A stretch of 64,000 bases of DNA from an uncultured Bacteroidales bacterium (GTDB lineage: Bacteria; Bacteroidota; Bacteroidia; Bacteroidales; UBA11471): contig CANQQA010000011.1 of assembly GCA_947625885.1 (NCBI GenBank), positions 3,442 through 67,441 on the forward strand, written 5' to 3'. The notes beneath the pieces were generated by a model. It made no database searches. It saw nothing but the letters and a program-made list of their open reading frames with translations, and had not been told where the DNA came from. A program made the position numbers and the translations under genes. This document shows positions 47,338 through 56,119 of the stretch, piece after piece (the first letter of the stretch is position 1; every line of letters begins with the position of its first letter).

Positions 47338-49038
47338 ATGAAAAAAATCTTTCCTCTCCTCCTCTGCGGCATCTGTCTGTACAGCGGAAATGCCCGCTCC
47401 CAAAACACGGACGACACACCGACCGATAGCCGGAACGACTATACGACCGGCGTTTTCGTACTGAACGAAGACTGGTTCGGACACCAGAACAGTACAATCA
47501 ACTATTTCACCGATTCCTGCACATGGGTATATCGCGTCTTTCAAAAAGAGAATCCGGGACACGAATTGGGGTGTACTTCCCAGTTCGGAACCATCTATGA
47601 CGGACGTATGTACATCGTATCGAAACAGGAGAAAGACGGCGGCGCGACAATTACCGGCAGCCGGCTGGCAGTGTGCGACGCCCGAACGATGAAACTGGAA
47701 AAAGAGTTCGCCGACATCGCACCCGAAAACGGAAACAGCGCATCGGCAGACGGGCGCACCTTTCTCGGTATCGACCGGCACACCGGCTACCTCGGTACGA
47801 GTAACGGCATCTACCTGTTCGATATCGACAAGATGAGCATCGGCGCGATGATAGAAAACACGGGAAACGCCAGCGGCAGCCTCTACGACGACCAGATAGG
47901 CATGATGACACGTGTCGGGAGGTACGCTTTCGCCGTGCATCAGGCAAAAGGCTTGCTGGTTATCGACACGGAAACGCATACACTGGAAACCATCATCGAA
48001 GGAAAATACAACTCTGTCATTCCCGCCCGTGACGGAAACCTGTGGCTCAGCAGCAACGACAACCTCGTATGCCTCGACCCCTACACGCTGAAAACCGAAC
48101 AGCACCCCGTTCCCGTGTCACTGCCGGAATCGTGGTATGCGTGGACAGCCGACCCGTTTTGTGCCTCCTATCAGGAGAACAAAATCTATTGGGCTTATTC
48201 CCAAACAAACGATTGGTGGGGACAGGACGTCATCTATTGTTACGACATCGACAACGAATCGCGTTCCGAAATTTTCGATTTCGGAACGTACGACGATGGA
48301 AGTTGGACGTTATATCATGCCGGATTCCGCATACACCCTGTAACCGACGATATATATGCCATGATATATCGCTCGAACACAAGCCGGAAATACCGTATGC
48401 TTCGCCTTTCAAAAAACGGCGGAGAAACGTGGGAAGTCGCCGGCGAATACGACTTGGAAAGCAATTACTGGTTTCCGGCGTTGGTCATTTTTCCCGACAC
48501 TGCCGCACCGGTCGTCTCCGATGAATTTCCCGACAAAATCGCCTTCGACTCCGAACAGCATCGTTTCTCGCTCTACTTGGGCGACAAAGTGTCCGACGAC
48601 GACAATCTTGCCTGCACAATCGTGAAATCGGTGATTACGACAAATAAAGCCGTGCTCGATGCCCGCATCGAAAACGATTCGCTCATCGCAGAGCCGGTCG
48701 GTAACGGCACCGCGACCCTGACAGTCGTATTCAACTCCAACGGCAAAACCGTAGAGAAAGAAATACTCGTAACGGTTTCGGGACTTTCAAGCAACCGAGA
48801 AACTGCCATGTCCGAAAAAACATACCGCATCTACCCCAACCCCGCCCAACGGTATTTTACGATAAATACGGAAGAAAGCGTGACGGTCGACATTTTCAGC
48901 CTTGACGGGCAGCGGCTGCTCTCCTCGCCGGCGGAAAAAGGAGAGCCGGTATCGGTGGAAACACTGTCGGCTGGGCTGTACATGGTGCGCATCTCCACAC
49001 CGTCGGGCAGCGGATATGCCCCGCTTCTCAAACAATGA
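47338..49038 (+). CDS. Secreted DUF5074-like beta-propeller protein with Ig-like domain and T9SS type-A C-terminal sorting domain
   Basis: It has a signal peptide, then GVFVLNEDWFGHQNSTINYF..., a paralogous motif to the two lipoproteins. The C-terminus is YRIYPNPAQRYFTINTEESVTVDIFSLDGQRLL...GLYMVRISTPSG. Confidence 0.65.
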   Translation: MKKIFPLLLCGICLYSGNARSQNTDDTPTDSRNDYTTGVFVLNEDWFGHQNSTINYFTDSCTWVYRVFQKENPGHELGCTSQFGTIYDGRMYIVSKQEKDGGATITGSRLAVCDARTMKLEKEFADIAPENGNSASADGRTFLGIDRHTGYLGTSNGIYLFDIDKMSIGAMIENTGNASGSLYDDQIGMMTRVGRYAFAVHQAKGLLVIDTETHTLETIIEGKYNSVIPARDGNLWLSSNDNLVCLDPYTLKTEQHPVPVSLPESWYAWTADPFCASYQENKIYWAYSQTNDWWGQDVIYCYDIDNESRSEIFDFGTYDDGSWTLYHAGFRIHPVTDDIYAMIYRSNTSRKYRMLRLSKNGGETWEVAGEYDLESNYWFPALVIFPDTAAPVVSDEFPDKIAFDSEQHRFSLYLGDKVSDDDNLACTIVKSVITTNKAVLDARIENDSLIAEPVGNGTATLTVVFNSNGKTVEKEILVTVSGLSSNRETAMSEKTYRIYPNPAQRYFTINTEESVTVDIFSLDGQRLLSSPAEKGEPVSVETLSAGLYMVRISTPSGSGYAPLLKQ

Positions 49039-49078
49039 AACGACTGCAAAGACAAAAAGCTCGCAACTGAAAAAATCG

Positions 49079-49086
49079 TATCTTTG
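49079..49086 (+). promoter_or_regulatory. -7 promoter box (TAtcTTTG) for the second propeller lipoprotein
   Basis: It lies 58 nt upstream of the ATG at 49144. Confidence 0.4.
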
Positions 49087-49143
49087 CACCCGTTTTGTAT
49101 TAAAAAATAAACGTTCCCATAAACACCTAAAAACTATCTACGT

Positions 49144-50217
49144 ATGAAAAAAAGTCTTTTATGCACATGGTTATGCGCGGCAGCTCTCTTGAGCGGCTGC
49201 AACAACGAAGACGAAAAACTGCTTCTGCCGGACACTCAAACGACGACACCCGGCAACGGTTCGTTCTATCTGCTCAACGAAGGCAACTACGGTCAAAACA
49301 ATGCGACACTCGACTTCTTCGACGCCGAAGACGGAACGTATTATACCAATATCTATCCGTCGCGTAATCCCGAAGTCGCCATGGAGCTGGGCGGTACGGG
49401 CACGGATCTGAAAATCTACGAAAACCGCCTGTATGCCGTAATGAACGGTTCGCACAAGGTCGAAATCATGACCGCCGACAGCGCCAAACACATTGCCGGC
49501 GTCGATGTGCCCAACTGCCGTTACATCTGCTTCGAGGGCGGCTACGCGTATGTAAGTTCATACACTGCGCAAGTTTATAAAATAGACATTGCCGCCGCCA
49601 AAGTGGTCGATAGCGTAAGCGTAGGTCGCGAGCCGGAAGAAATGGCTGTCGTCGGCGGAAAACTCTACGTCGCCAATTCCGGCGGCTACAGCTACCTTTC
49701 GGGAGAATACGACAGCACGGTATCGGTAATCGATCTCGCCACGTTTACGGAATCGAAAAAAATAGAGGTGGCTATCAACCTGCATCACCTCAAAGCCGAC
49801 GGCAAAGGCAATCTCTATGTTACCTCGCGCGGAAATTATGGAGATATTCCGTCGAATCTCTACGTCATCGACCTTGCTACCGAAACGGTGAAAGCGCTGA
49901 ACATCGCCGCCTCCGACATCGGTATGGACGACGACATCGCCTACGTCTACTCATCGGAATGGAGCGATGTAACAGGCAAAACTACCTACACGAGCCACAC
50001 CATCGACTTGAACAGCCAAGCCGTGAGCGAAGGGCATTTCATTCCCGAAGGCGTAGCGCCGTACAGCCTAACGGTGAATCCGATAACGAAAAAGTTGGTG
50101 GTAACCGATGCCGGCGACTATACAACGTCGGGAAAGGTATATTTCATCACGCCCGACGGGGAAATAGAAAATACGGTATTTGCCGGAGTGAGTCCGGGAC
50201 ACGTCGCATTCAAATAA
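49144..50217 (+). CDS. Surface lipoprotein, beta-propeller (YncE/DUF5074-like); paralog of 40956-42113
   Basis: The lipobox is AALLSGC followed by NNEDEK, an acidic export-signal-like stretch. SFYLLNEGNYGQNNATLDFFD..., KLYVANSGGY and TVSVIDLATF...KKIEVAINLH are shared with the first paralog. Confidence 0.65.
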   Translation: MKKSLLCTWLCAAALLSGCNNEDEKLLLPDTQTTTPGNGSFYLLNEGNYGQNNATLDFFDAEDGTYYTNIYPSRNPEVAMELGGTGTDLKIYENRLYAVMNGSHKVEIMTADSAKHIAGVDVPNCRYICFEGGYAYVSSYTAQVYKIDIAAAKVVDSVSVGREPEEMAVVGGKLYVANSGGYSYLSGEYDSTVSVIDLATFTESKKIEVAINLHHLKADGKGNLYVTSRGNYGDIPSNLYVIDLATETVKALNIAASDIGMDDDIAYVYSSEWSDVTGKTTYTSHTIDLNSQAVSEGHFIPEGVAPYSLTVNPITKKLVVTDAGDYTTSGKVYFITPDGEIENTVFAGVSPGHVAFK

Positions 50218-50232
50218 CAGGATAAAAGCAAG

Positions 50233-50277
50233 CGGAAAGGAAAGCATTTTTCGGCATCGGAAAAACTTTTCTTTCCG
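50233..50277. terminator. Long hairpin between convergent genes
   Basis: cggaaaggaaag-(21-nt loop)-cttttctttccg. Confidence 0.5.
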
Positions 50278-50309
50278 ACTTTTTCCGAACGAAAACGATG
50301 CGCTCTGCG

Positions 50310-50708
50310 TTAGAGAAAAGAGGTTTCGCCGAGCTGTCGCAACCCGATGCGCATATAATCCCGCACCATATCGCGGGGACGCAATATGCGGTCGTCCCAC
50401 ACCACGACGTCGATGTCGAGCGGAACAAGTCCGAGCGTCTTGCATTCGGGCGTGCGACCGAAATCGGTTTCCATGCCTTTGAAAAAGCGTTCCAGCGTTT
50501 CGCATTCGGCATCGGTCGAAAACAGGGCTACGGCATTGCAATAATCGGGTGCCCCCGCACAACTGCCCTCCGCAGGCGTCGTGTATATCGACGAAGCACG
50601 GAAATCGGAGAACCGTGCCGCCAATATGGCGCACGCTCTTGCCACCGTCGCTTCCCGGTCGGCGGCATTGGAGCCGATGCCCACGATAACCCGATGCAAA
50701 ACCGCCAT
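50310..50708 (-). CDS. folK: 2-amino-4-hydroxy-6-hydroxymethyldihydropteridine diphosphokinase (HPPK)
   Basis: VIVGIGSN...REATVARA...SSIYTTPAEG...GRTPE...LDIDVV. I chose the internal start MAVLHRV. Confidence 0.75.
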   Translation of the reverse strand: MAVLHRVIVGIGSNAADREATVARACAILAARFSDFRASSIYTTPAEGSCAGAPDYCNAVALFSTDAECETLERFFKGMETDFGRTPECKTLGLVPLDIDVVVWDDRILRPRDMVRDYMRIGLRQLGETSFL

Positions 50709-50814
50709 ATCGAAAAAAGTTTGTTTTTCGTTGCAAAAATAAACTTTTCCCGACAAACGGCAGAAAGGTTTTTCAAAACGATTGAAATCTTTTTGCGGAT
50801 AACGATAAAAGCGC

Positions 50815-50822
50815 TACCTTTG
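50815..50822 (+). promoter_or_regulatory. -7 promoter box (TAccTTTG)
   Basis: It lies 91 nt upstream of the ATG at 50913. Confidence 0.4.
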
Positions 50823-50912
50823 CGCCGAAAAAAATCAAGGTAAAAAAGAAATTCCCGCCTACCTGTTTTTTCGGACGGGAGAAAACAAACCATTTTTCAA
50901 AACAAAACAGAG

Positions 50913-52592
50913 ATGAATTGGATTGAAAATTTACTGTACGAAACCGATTCCGTTGCTCATACCGTTTTGCTTTTCGCTCTCGTCATCGCGTTGGGAGTCT
51001 ATTTGGGAAAGCAAAAAATATTCGGCATTTCATTGGGAGTAACCTTCGTGCTGTTCGTGGGACTGTCCGTTGCTCACTTCGGATTCACCGCCGAAAAGAA
51101 CATTCTGAATTTCACCAAAGATTTCGGACTTATTCTCTTCGTCTATTCCATCGGGCTGCAAGTGGGACCGGGCTTTTTCTCCTCGTTCAAAAAAGGAGGC
51201 ATGAGGCTCAACATGCTTGCCGCCGGAGTCGTGCTGCTGAATATCGTTGTCGTTTGCACGATTTACGCCATCGCGCACGACCGCGTGTCGATGCCCGAAC
51301 TGGTGGGTATTCTCTCCGGTGCAGTAACCAATACGCCCGGACTCGGTGCCGCACAGCAAACCTTGTCGCAGCTGCAATACGACGGAAAGATTGCCGAAGT
51401 GCCCGAAATCGCGTCGGGTTATGCTGCTGCCTATCCGTTAGGCGTCATCGGCATCATTCTGGCGATAATCATTATCCGTTTTGTATTCCGTATCAACAAC
51501 GATACCGAAGCCAAACAGATAGAAGACGAAAACGAAGCCAGCACGCTGGCTCCCCATATCGTAACCTACAAAGTGGAAAACCAACTGATTGTAGGTCGAA
51601 CGCTCGAAAAACTGGCGGCTCTCATCGACCGCAACTTCGTGGTATCGCGCGTGCAGAAAAACGGTGAAGTAATCATTCCCGACGACAATACCGTCATCGG
51701 ACAGGGCGATTTGCTGCTGACCGTGCTTTCGGAGCAGGACGAAGATGCACTGAAAGCCTTTATCGGTCCTATCGTCGAAATGGACTGGGAGGCAATACCC
51801 TCGCCGGTGTTGTCGCGCCGCATCGTCGTTACCAAGTCGGAATACAACGGTCGCACCATCGGCTCGCTGCGGCTGCGCATGGGTTACCGGTTGAACGCCA
51901 CCCGACTGAACCGCGCCGGTGTCGATTTGCTCGTTACGCCGAACCTCGTGCTTCAAATCGGCGACCGCCTCACGGTCGTTGGAAAACTGGAAGACATCAA
52001 CCGGCTGGCATCGCGATTGGGCAACTCCATGAAACGGTTGAACGAACCGAACATGATTACGATTTTCATCGGCATATTCTTGGGCATTTTGTTAGGCAGT
52101 ATGCCCCTCTCCATACCGGGTATGACGTCGTCGATGAAACTCGGACTCGCCGGAGGTCCGTTGGTGGTAGCCATACTGATAGGACGCTTCGGGCATAAAA
52201 TGAAACTGGTAACATACACCTCGACCAGCGCCAGCCTGATGCTGCGCGAAATAGGTATCTGCCTCTTTCTCGCCAGTATCGGCATAGAGGCAGGCGGCAA
52301 TTTCGCCGCGACGGTATTCACAGGCGACGGATTGCTGTGGGTATTCTGGGGATTCCTCATCACCCTTGTTCCGATGCTGGTTATCGGCATCATCGCACGG
52401 TGGCGCTACAAGCTCAACTACTTCACTATCATGGGGCTGTTGTCGGGCAGTATGACCGACCCTCCCGCACTGGCATACGCCAACAAAGTTTCGGGCAACG
52501 ATGCGCCGGCAGTCGCCTACTCCACCGTATATCCATTGACCATGTTTCTACGGGTGCTCACCGCCCAGTTGCTGATTCTGTGCTTTGTATAA
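50913..52592 (+). CDS. YidE/YbjL (AAE-family) putative transporter with two central TrkA-C/RCK_C domains
   Basis: It is 559 aa with two homologous membrane halves flanking two soluble repeats (...GRTLEKL...[13 protein letters not shown]... and ...GRTIGSLRL...[12 protein letters not shown]...). Confidence 0.7.
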   Translation: MNWIENLLYETDSVAHTVLLFALVIALGVYLGKQKIFGISLGVTFVLFVGLSVAHFGFTAEKNILNFTKDFGLILFVYSIGLQVGPGFFSSFKKGGMRLNMLAAGVVLLNIVVVCTIYAIAHDRVSMPELVGILSGAVTNTPGLGAAQQTLSQLQYDGKIAEVPEIASGYAAAYPLGVIGIILAIIIIRFVFRINNDTEAKQIEDENEASTLAPHIVTYKVENQLIVGRTLEKLAALIDRNFVVSRVQKNGEVIIPDDNTVIGQGDLLLTVLSEQDEDALKAFIGPIVEMDWEAIPSPVLSRRIVVTKSEYNGRTIGSLRLRMGYRLNATRLNRAGVDLLVTPNLVLQIGDRLTVVGKLEDINRLASRLGNSMKRLNEPNMITIFIGIFLGILLGSMPLSIPGMTSSMKLGLAGGPLVVAILIGRFGHKMKLVTYTSTSASLMLREIGICLFLASIGIEAGGNFAATVFTGDGLLWVFWGFLITLVPMLVIGIIARWRYKLNYFTIMGLLSGSMTDPPALAYANKVSGNDAPAVAYSTVYPLTMFLRVLTAQLLILCFV

Positions 52593-52602
52593 CAAGACCG
52601 AA

Positions 52603-52635
52603 AGCGAGCCGCCTGCAAAGCGGTTCGCTTTTTCT
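52603..52635 (+). terminator. Rho-independent terminator
   Basis: gcgagccgc-ctgcaaa-gcggttcgc followed by tttttcttt. Confidence 0.7.
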
Positions 52636-52718
52636 TTCGTTCGGCGGTAAAAATCGTTTTTTCGTCGATAAAAACAGGGTTTATTTATAAATCGGTTGCC
52701 GGCTAACATATTCTTTCT

Positions 52719-52726
52719 TACCTTTG
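52719..52726 (+). promoter_or_regulatory. -7 promoter box (TAccTTTG) for the efflux operon
   Basis: It lies 49 nt upstream of the ATG at 52775. Confidence 0.45.
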
Positions 52727-52774
52727 TAGCCGATAAAGGAACGCGTCTTTTCTGTTCCTAAAAACAGACTATTC

Positions 52775-54130
52775 ATGAAACGAATCTTTTTCTTCGCAGC
52801 AGCCGCCTCTCTGCTATCCGCCGCCGGCTACGGGCAAACGGAGCCGAAAGCATGGACACTGAACGAGTGCCTGCAATATGCCTACGAGCAAAACATCGAC
52901 TTGAAGAAAAGCCGCCTTTCGCTCGAAAACAGCGTCATAGACCGCCGCAATGCCAAAGCGCAGCTCTTTCCCTCGCTGACTGCCGGCGTGAGTTACCAGT
53001 TCACCAACTCGCCATTTATCGAAACCGGCATCAGCGACCTCGACAATTACATCGTTACCGGCAACAGCGGAAGCAACAAAAACCAATTTACCGGCAGCTA
53101 CAACCTGCGAGGCTCTTTGACGCTGTTCAACGGCGGGAAAAAACTCACCCGCATAAAGACCGAAAAAGTCAATGAACAGAAACAGGAAAGCCTGCTCGAA
53201 GAGACATTCGACGACATCGAGTCGGCTATCGTATCGGGCTATCTGCAAATACTTTATGCACAAGAGGCAGTGCGCATCAACGAAAACACCGTAGAGGTAT
53301 CGAAGGCGCAATGCGAGCGGGGCGAGAAACTGCGGGCTGCCGGCTCCCTGTCGGAAAGCGATTACGCCCAGCTGGTCGCCCAGTACAGCAACGACCGATA
53401 CCAGCTCGTCGTATCGCAAAACACGCTGGAACAAAACCGGCTTACCCTGAAACAGATTTTAGAGTTGGGCATCGACGAAAGCATCGAAATCGTCGTGCCC
53501 GAAATCGACGACAGCGACGTGCTGGCGCCATTGGCTTCCAAAAACGAAATCTATCAAACGGCTCTCGCCTGCCGACCGGGCATCAAAAGCAGCGAACTCG
53601 ACATTGCCGCCGCACAACTCGCACTGCGCAGCGCAAAAGCCGACTACTACCCGTCGCTGTCGCTGTCGGCTGGGGTGAGTACGGGACACCTCTCTATTTC
53701 CGACGATGCTACCGGCAAGCAGCTGAAAAACAAACTCAACGAATCGGTGGGCCTCTCGCTTTCCATTCCGCTGTACAGCAACCGAAATACCCGTTCAGCT
53801 GTATCGAAAGCCCGCATCTCTCTTACGACTTCGGAACTCGAATTGCAGAATACGAAAAAAAATCTGTTGAGCGAAATCGAAAACCTCTACCTCGAAACAC
53901 AGGCGGCGCAAGAGCAATACGTGTCGGCGCAGGAGCAGGTGAAGGCAACCCGCAGCAGCTACGAACTGATGCAGCGCAAATTCGATTCGGGCATGGCGAA
54001 TACGCTCGAACTTCTGACGGAAAAGAACAACCTGCTTGCCGCCGAACAACAAGTGCTGCAAGCCAAATACATGGCGATACTCAACCGCCTGCTGCTGGAC
54101 ATTTACCAAAACAAACCCGTAACTCTTTAA
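52775..54130 (+). CDS. TolC-family outer-membrane efflux protein
   Basis: It has a signal peptide, the typical LNECLQYAYEQNIDLKKSRL start, and two coiled repeat halves. Confidence 0.85.
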   Translation: MKRIFFFAAAASLLSAAGYGQTEPKAWTLNECLQYAYEQNIDLKKSRLSLENSVIDRRNAKAQLFPSLTAGVSYQFTNSPFIETGISDLDNYIVTGNSGSNKNQFTGSYNLRGSLTLFNGGKKLTRIKTEKVNEQKQESLLEETFDDIESAIVSGYLQILYAQEAVRINENTVEVSKAQCERGEKLRAAGSLSESDYAQLVAQYSNDRYQLVVSQNTLEQNRLTLKQILELGIDESIEIVVPEIDDSDVLAPLASKNEIYQTALACRPGIKSSELDIAAAQLALRSAKADYYPSLSLSAGVSTGHLSISDDATGKQLKNKLNESVGLSLSIPLYSNRNTRSAVSKARISLTTSELELQNTKKNLLSEIENLYLETQAAQEQYVSAQEQVKATRSSYELMQRKFDSGMANTLELLTEKNNLLAAEQQVLQAKYMAILNRLLLDIYQNKPVTL

Positions 54131-54150
54131 CGAAATAATATTCCATCTAT

Positions 54151-55356
54151 ATGAAAAAAAGCATTGTCATCGGCGTCTGTGTGGCTGTCGCGGCAGCTGC
54201 CGGCTGTTACTTTTATTTCTTCGAAAAGGGAGAAAAGCACAAGATTTCGTATGCGACCGTTACCGTAGGGCGGAGCGACATTTCCAACTCGGTAACCGCC
54301 ACCGGAACCATCGAACCGGTTACCGAAGTGCAGGTAGGCACGCAGGTATCGGGCATCATCGACAAAATATATGTCGATTACAATTCCGTCGTGAAAAAAG
54401 GGCAGCTGATTGCCGAAATGGATAAAGTTACCCTGCAAAGCGAACTTGCCTCCGCACAAGCTGCTTACGACGGAAATCTGGCGGAATACGAATACCAGAA
54501 GAAAAACTTCGAGCGCAACAAAGGTCTGCACGCCCAATCGCTCATCAGCGACATGGAATACGAACAGTCGGAATACAATTACAAGAAAGCGAAAAGCGCT
54601 TTCGACAGCAGCAAAGCCGCACTCGCCAAGGCGCAGCGCAACCTCTCCTACGCCACCATTACATCGCCTATCGACGGCGTGGTAATCAGCCGCGACGTAG
54701 AGGAGGGACAGACAGTGGCATCGGGATTCGAGACGCCTACCCTTTTCAACATTGCCGCCGACCTGACGCAGATGCAGGTGGTTGCCGATGTCGATGAAGC
54801 CGACATCGGCGGCGTGGAGGAAGGACAGCGGGTAAGTTTCACCGTCGATGCCTACCCCAACGACGTATTCGAGGGAAAAGTAACGCAGATACGTCTCGGA
54901 AGCACCGCCAGCACCGGCGCCACGACATCGGAAAGCGTCGTTACCTACGAGGTAGTGATTATGGCGCAAAATCCCGATTTGAAACTGAAACCGCGACTGA
55001 CCGCCAACATCGCCATTTACATACTCGACAAACAAAACGTATTGAGCGTTTCATCGCGCGCCCTGCGTTTTTCGCCGACGGTTCCCCTCATCGGTAAAGA
55101 CGACATCGTCGTCGACTGCGAGGGCAGCAGCAAACTGTGGACACGCGACGGGAACACCTTCACCGCCCACCCCGTACAAACCGGCATCAGCAACGGCATC
55201 ATGACCGAAATTTTGGGCGGCATCGACGAAGGCACGGTCGTTGTCGAAGAAGCGATAATGGGGGCTGCGGCAGAGGAAGAAGCCAACGCATCGGAAATAG
55301 AGCGGAGTCCTTTCATGCCCGGTCCGCCCAATCGGAATAATAACAAGAAGAAATAA
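54151..55356 (+). CDS. Efflux periplasmic adaptor (HlyD/MacA-like membrane fusion protein)
   Basis: It has lipoyl/barrel motifs (VQVGTQVSGIIDKIYVDYNSVVKKGQLIAEMD; ITSPIDGVVISRDVEEGQTV) and a coiled-coil hairpin. Confidence 0.85.
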   Translation: MKKSIVIGVCVAVAAAAGCYFYFFEKGEKHKISYATVTVGRSDISNSVTATGTIEPVTEVQVGTQVSGIIDKIYVDYNSVVKKGQLIAEMDKVTLQSELASAQAAYDGNLAEYEYQKKNFERNKGLHAQSLISDMEYEQSEYNYKKAKSAFDSSKAALAKAQRNLSYATITSPIDGVVISRDVEEGQTVASGFETPTLFNIAADLTQMQVVADVDEADIGGVEEGQRVSFTVDAYPNDVFEGKVTQIRLGSTASTGATTSESVVTYEVVIMAQNPDLKLKPRLTANIAIYILDKQNVLSVSSRALRFSPTVPLIGKDDIVVDCEGSSKLWTRDGNTFTAHPVQTGISNGIMTEILGGIDEGTVVVEEAIMGAAAEEEANASEIERSPFMPGPPNRNNNKKK

Positions 55357-55367
55357 CGTCGGCTAAG

Positions 55368-56114
55368 ATGGAAAAGAAAGTCATCGAATTGCAGAACATT
55401 CGTCGGGACTTCCGCGTCGGCGATGAAACGGTGCATGCCCTGCGCGGCGTATCGTTCACCATCACCGAAGGCGAATTCGTAACCATCATGGGCACATCGG
55501 GGTCGGGCAAATCGACCCTGCTCAATACGTTAGGCTGTCTCGACACGCCGACCTCTGGCGAATACCTGCTCGACGGCATCGCCGTGCGCACCATGAGCAA
55601 ACCGGCAAGAGCCGTATTGCGCAACCGTAAAATCGGTTTCGTATTCCAGAATTACAATCTTCTGCCCAAAACGACCGCCGTCGAAAACGTCGAACTCCCG
55701 TTGATGTACAACTCCTCCGTCAGTGCTTCGGAGCGGCGCCGCCGCGCCATAGAGGCGCTGCAATCGGTAGGGCTCGGCGACCGGCTGAACCATAAGTCTA
55801 ACCAAATGTCGGGCGGACAGATGCAGCGCGTGGCGATAGCCCGCGCGTTGGTGAACAATCCCGCTGTAATCCTCGCCGACGAAGCGACGGGAAACCTCGA
55901 TACGCGAACGTCGTTCGAGATACTTGTCCTCTTTCAGGAACTGCACCGGAAAGGACGCACCATCATCTTCGTAACGCACAACCCCGAACTGTCGCAATAC
56001 AGCAGCCGCACCATACGTCTGCGCGACGGACAGGTAATCGAAGACAGCACAAACCCGAATATTCTGTCGGCAGAAAAAGCCTTAGCCGCTCTGCCGAAAA
56101 ACGATGAAGAATAA
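55368..56114 (+). CDS. ABC transporter ATP-binding protein (MacB/LolD-like)
   Basis: Walker A is [10 protein letters not shown], the signature is [15 protein letters not shown], and Walker B is [11 protein letters not shown]. Confidence 0.9.
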   Translation: MEKKVIELQNIRRDFRVGDETVHALRGVSFTITEGEFVTIMGTSGSGKSTLLNTLGCLDTPTSGEYLLDGIAVRTMSKPARAVLRNRKIGFVFQNYNLLPKTTAVENVELPLMYNSSVSASERRRRAIEALQSVGLGDRLNHKSNQMSGGQMQRVAIARALVNNPAVILADEATGNLDTRTSFEILVLFQELHRKGRTIIFVTHNPELSQYSSRTIRLRDGQVIEDSTNPNILSAEKALAALPKNDEE

Positions 56115-56119
56115 TCGCC

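Noticed and set aside
47323-48105. A 260-aa minus-strand ORF, and the 220-aa ORF at 46755-47417
   Set aside because: They are antisense to the + strand surface-protein genes and have no signal or motif support.
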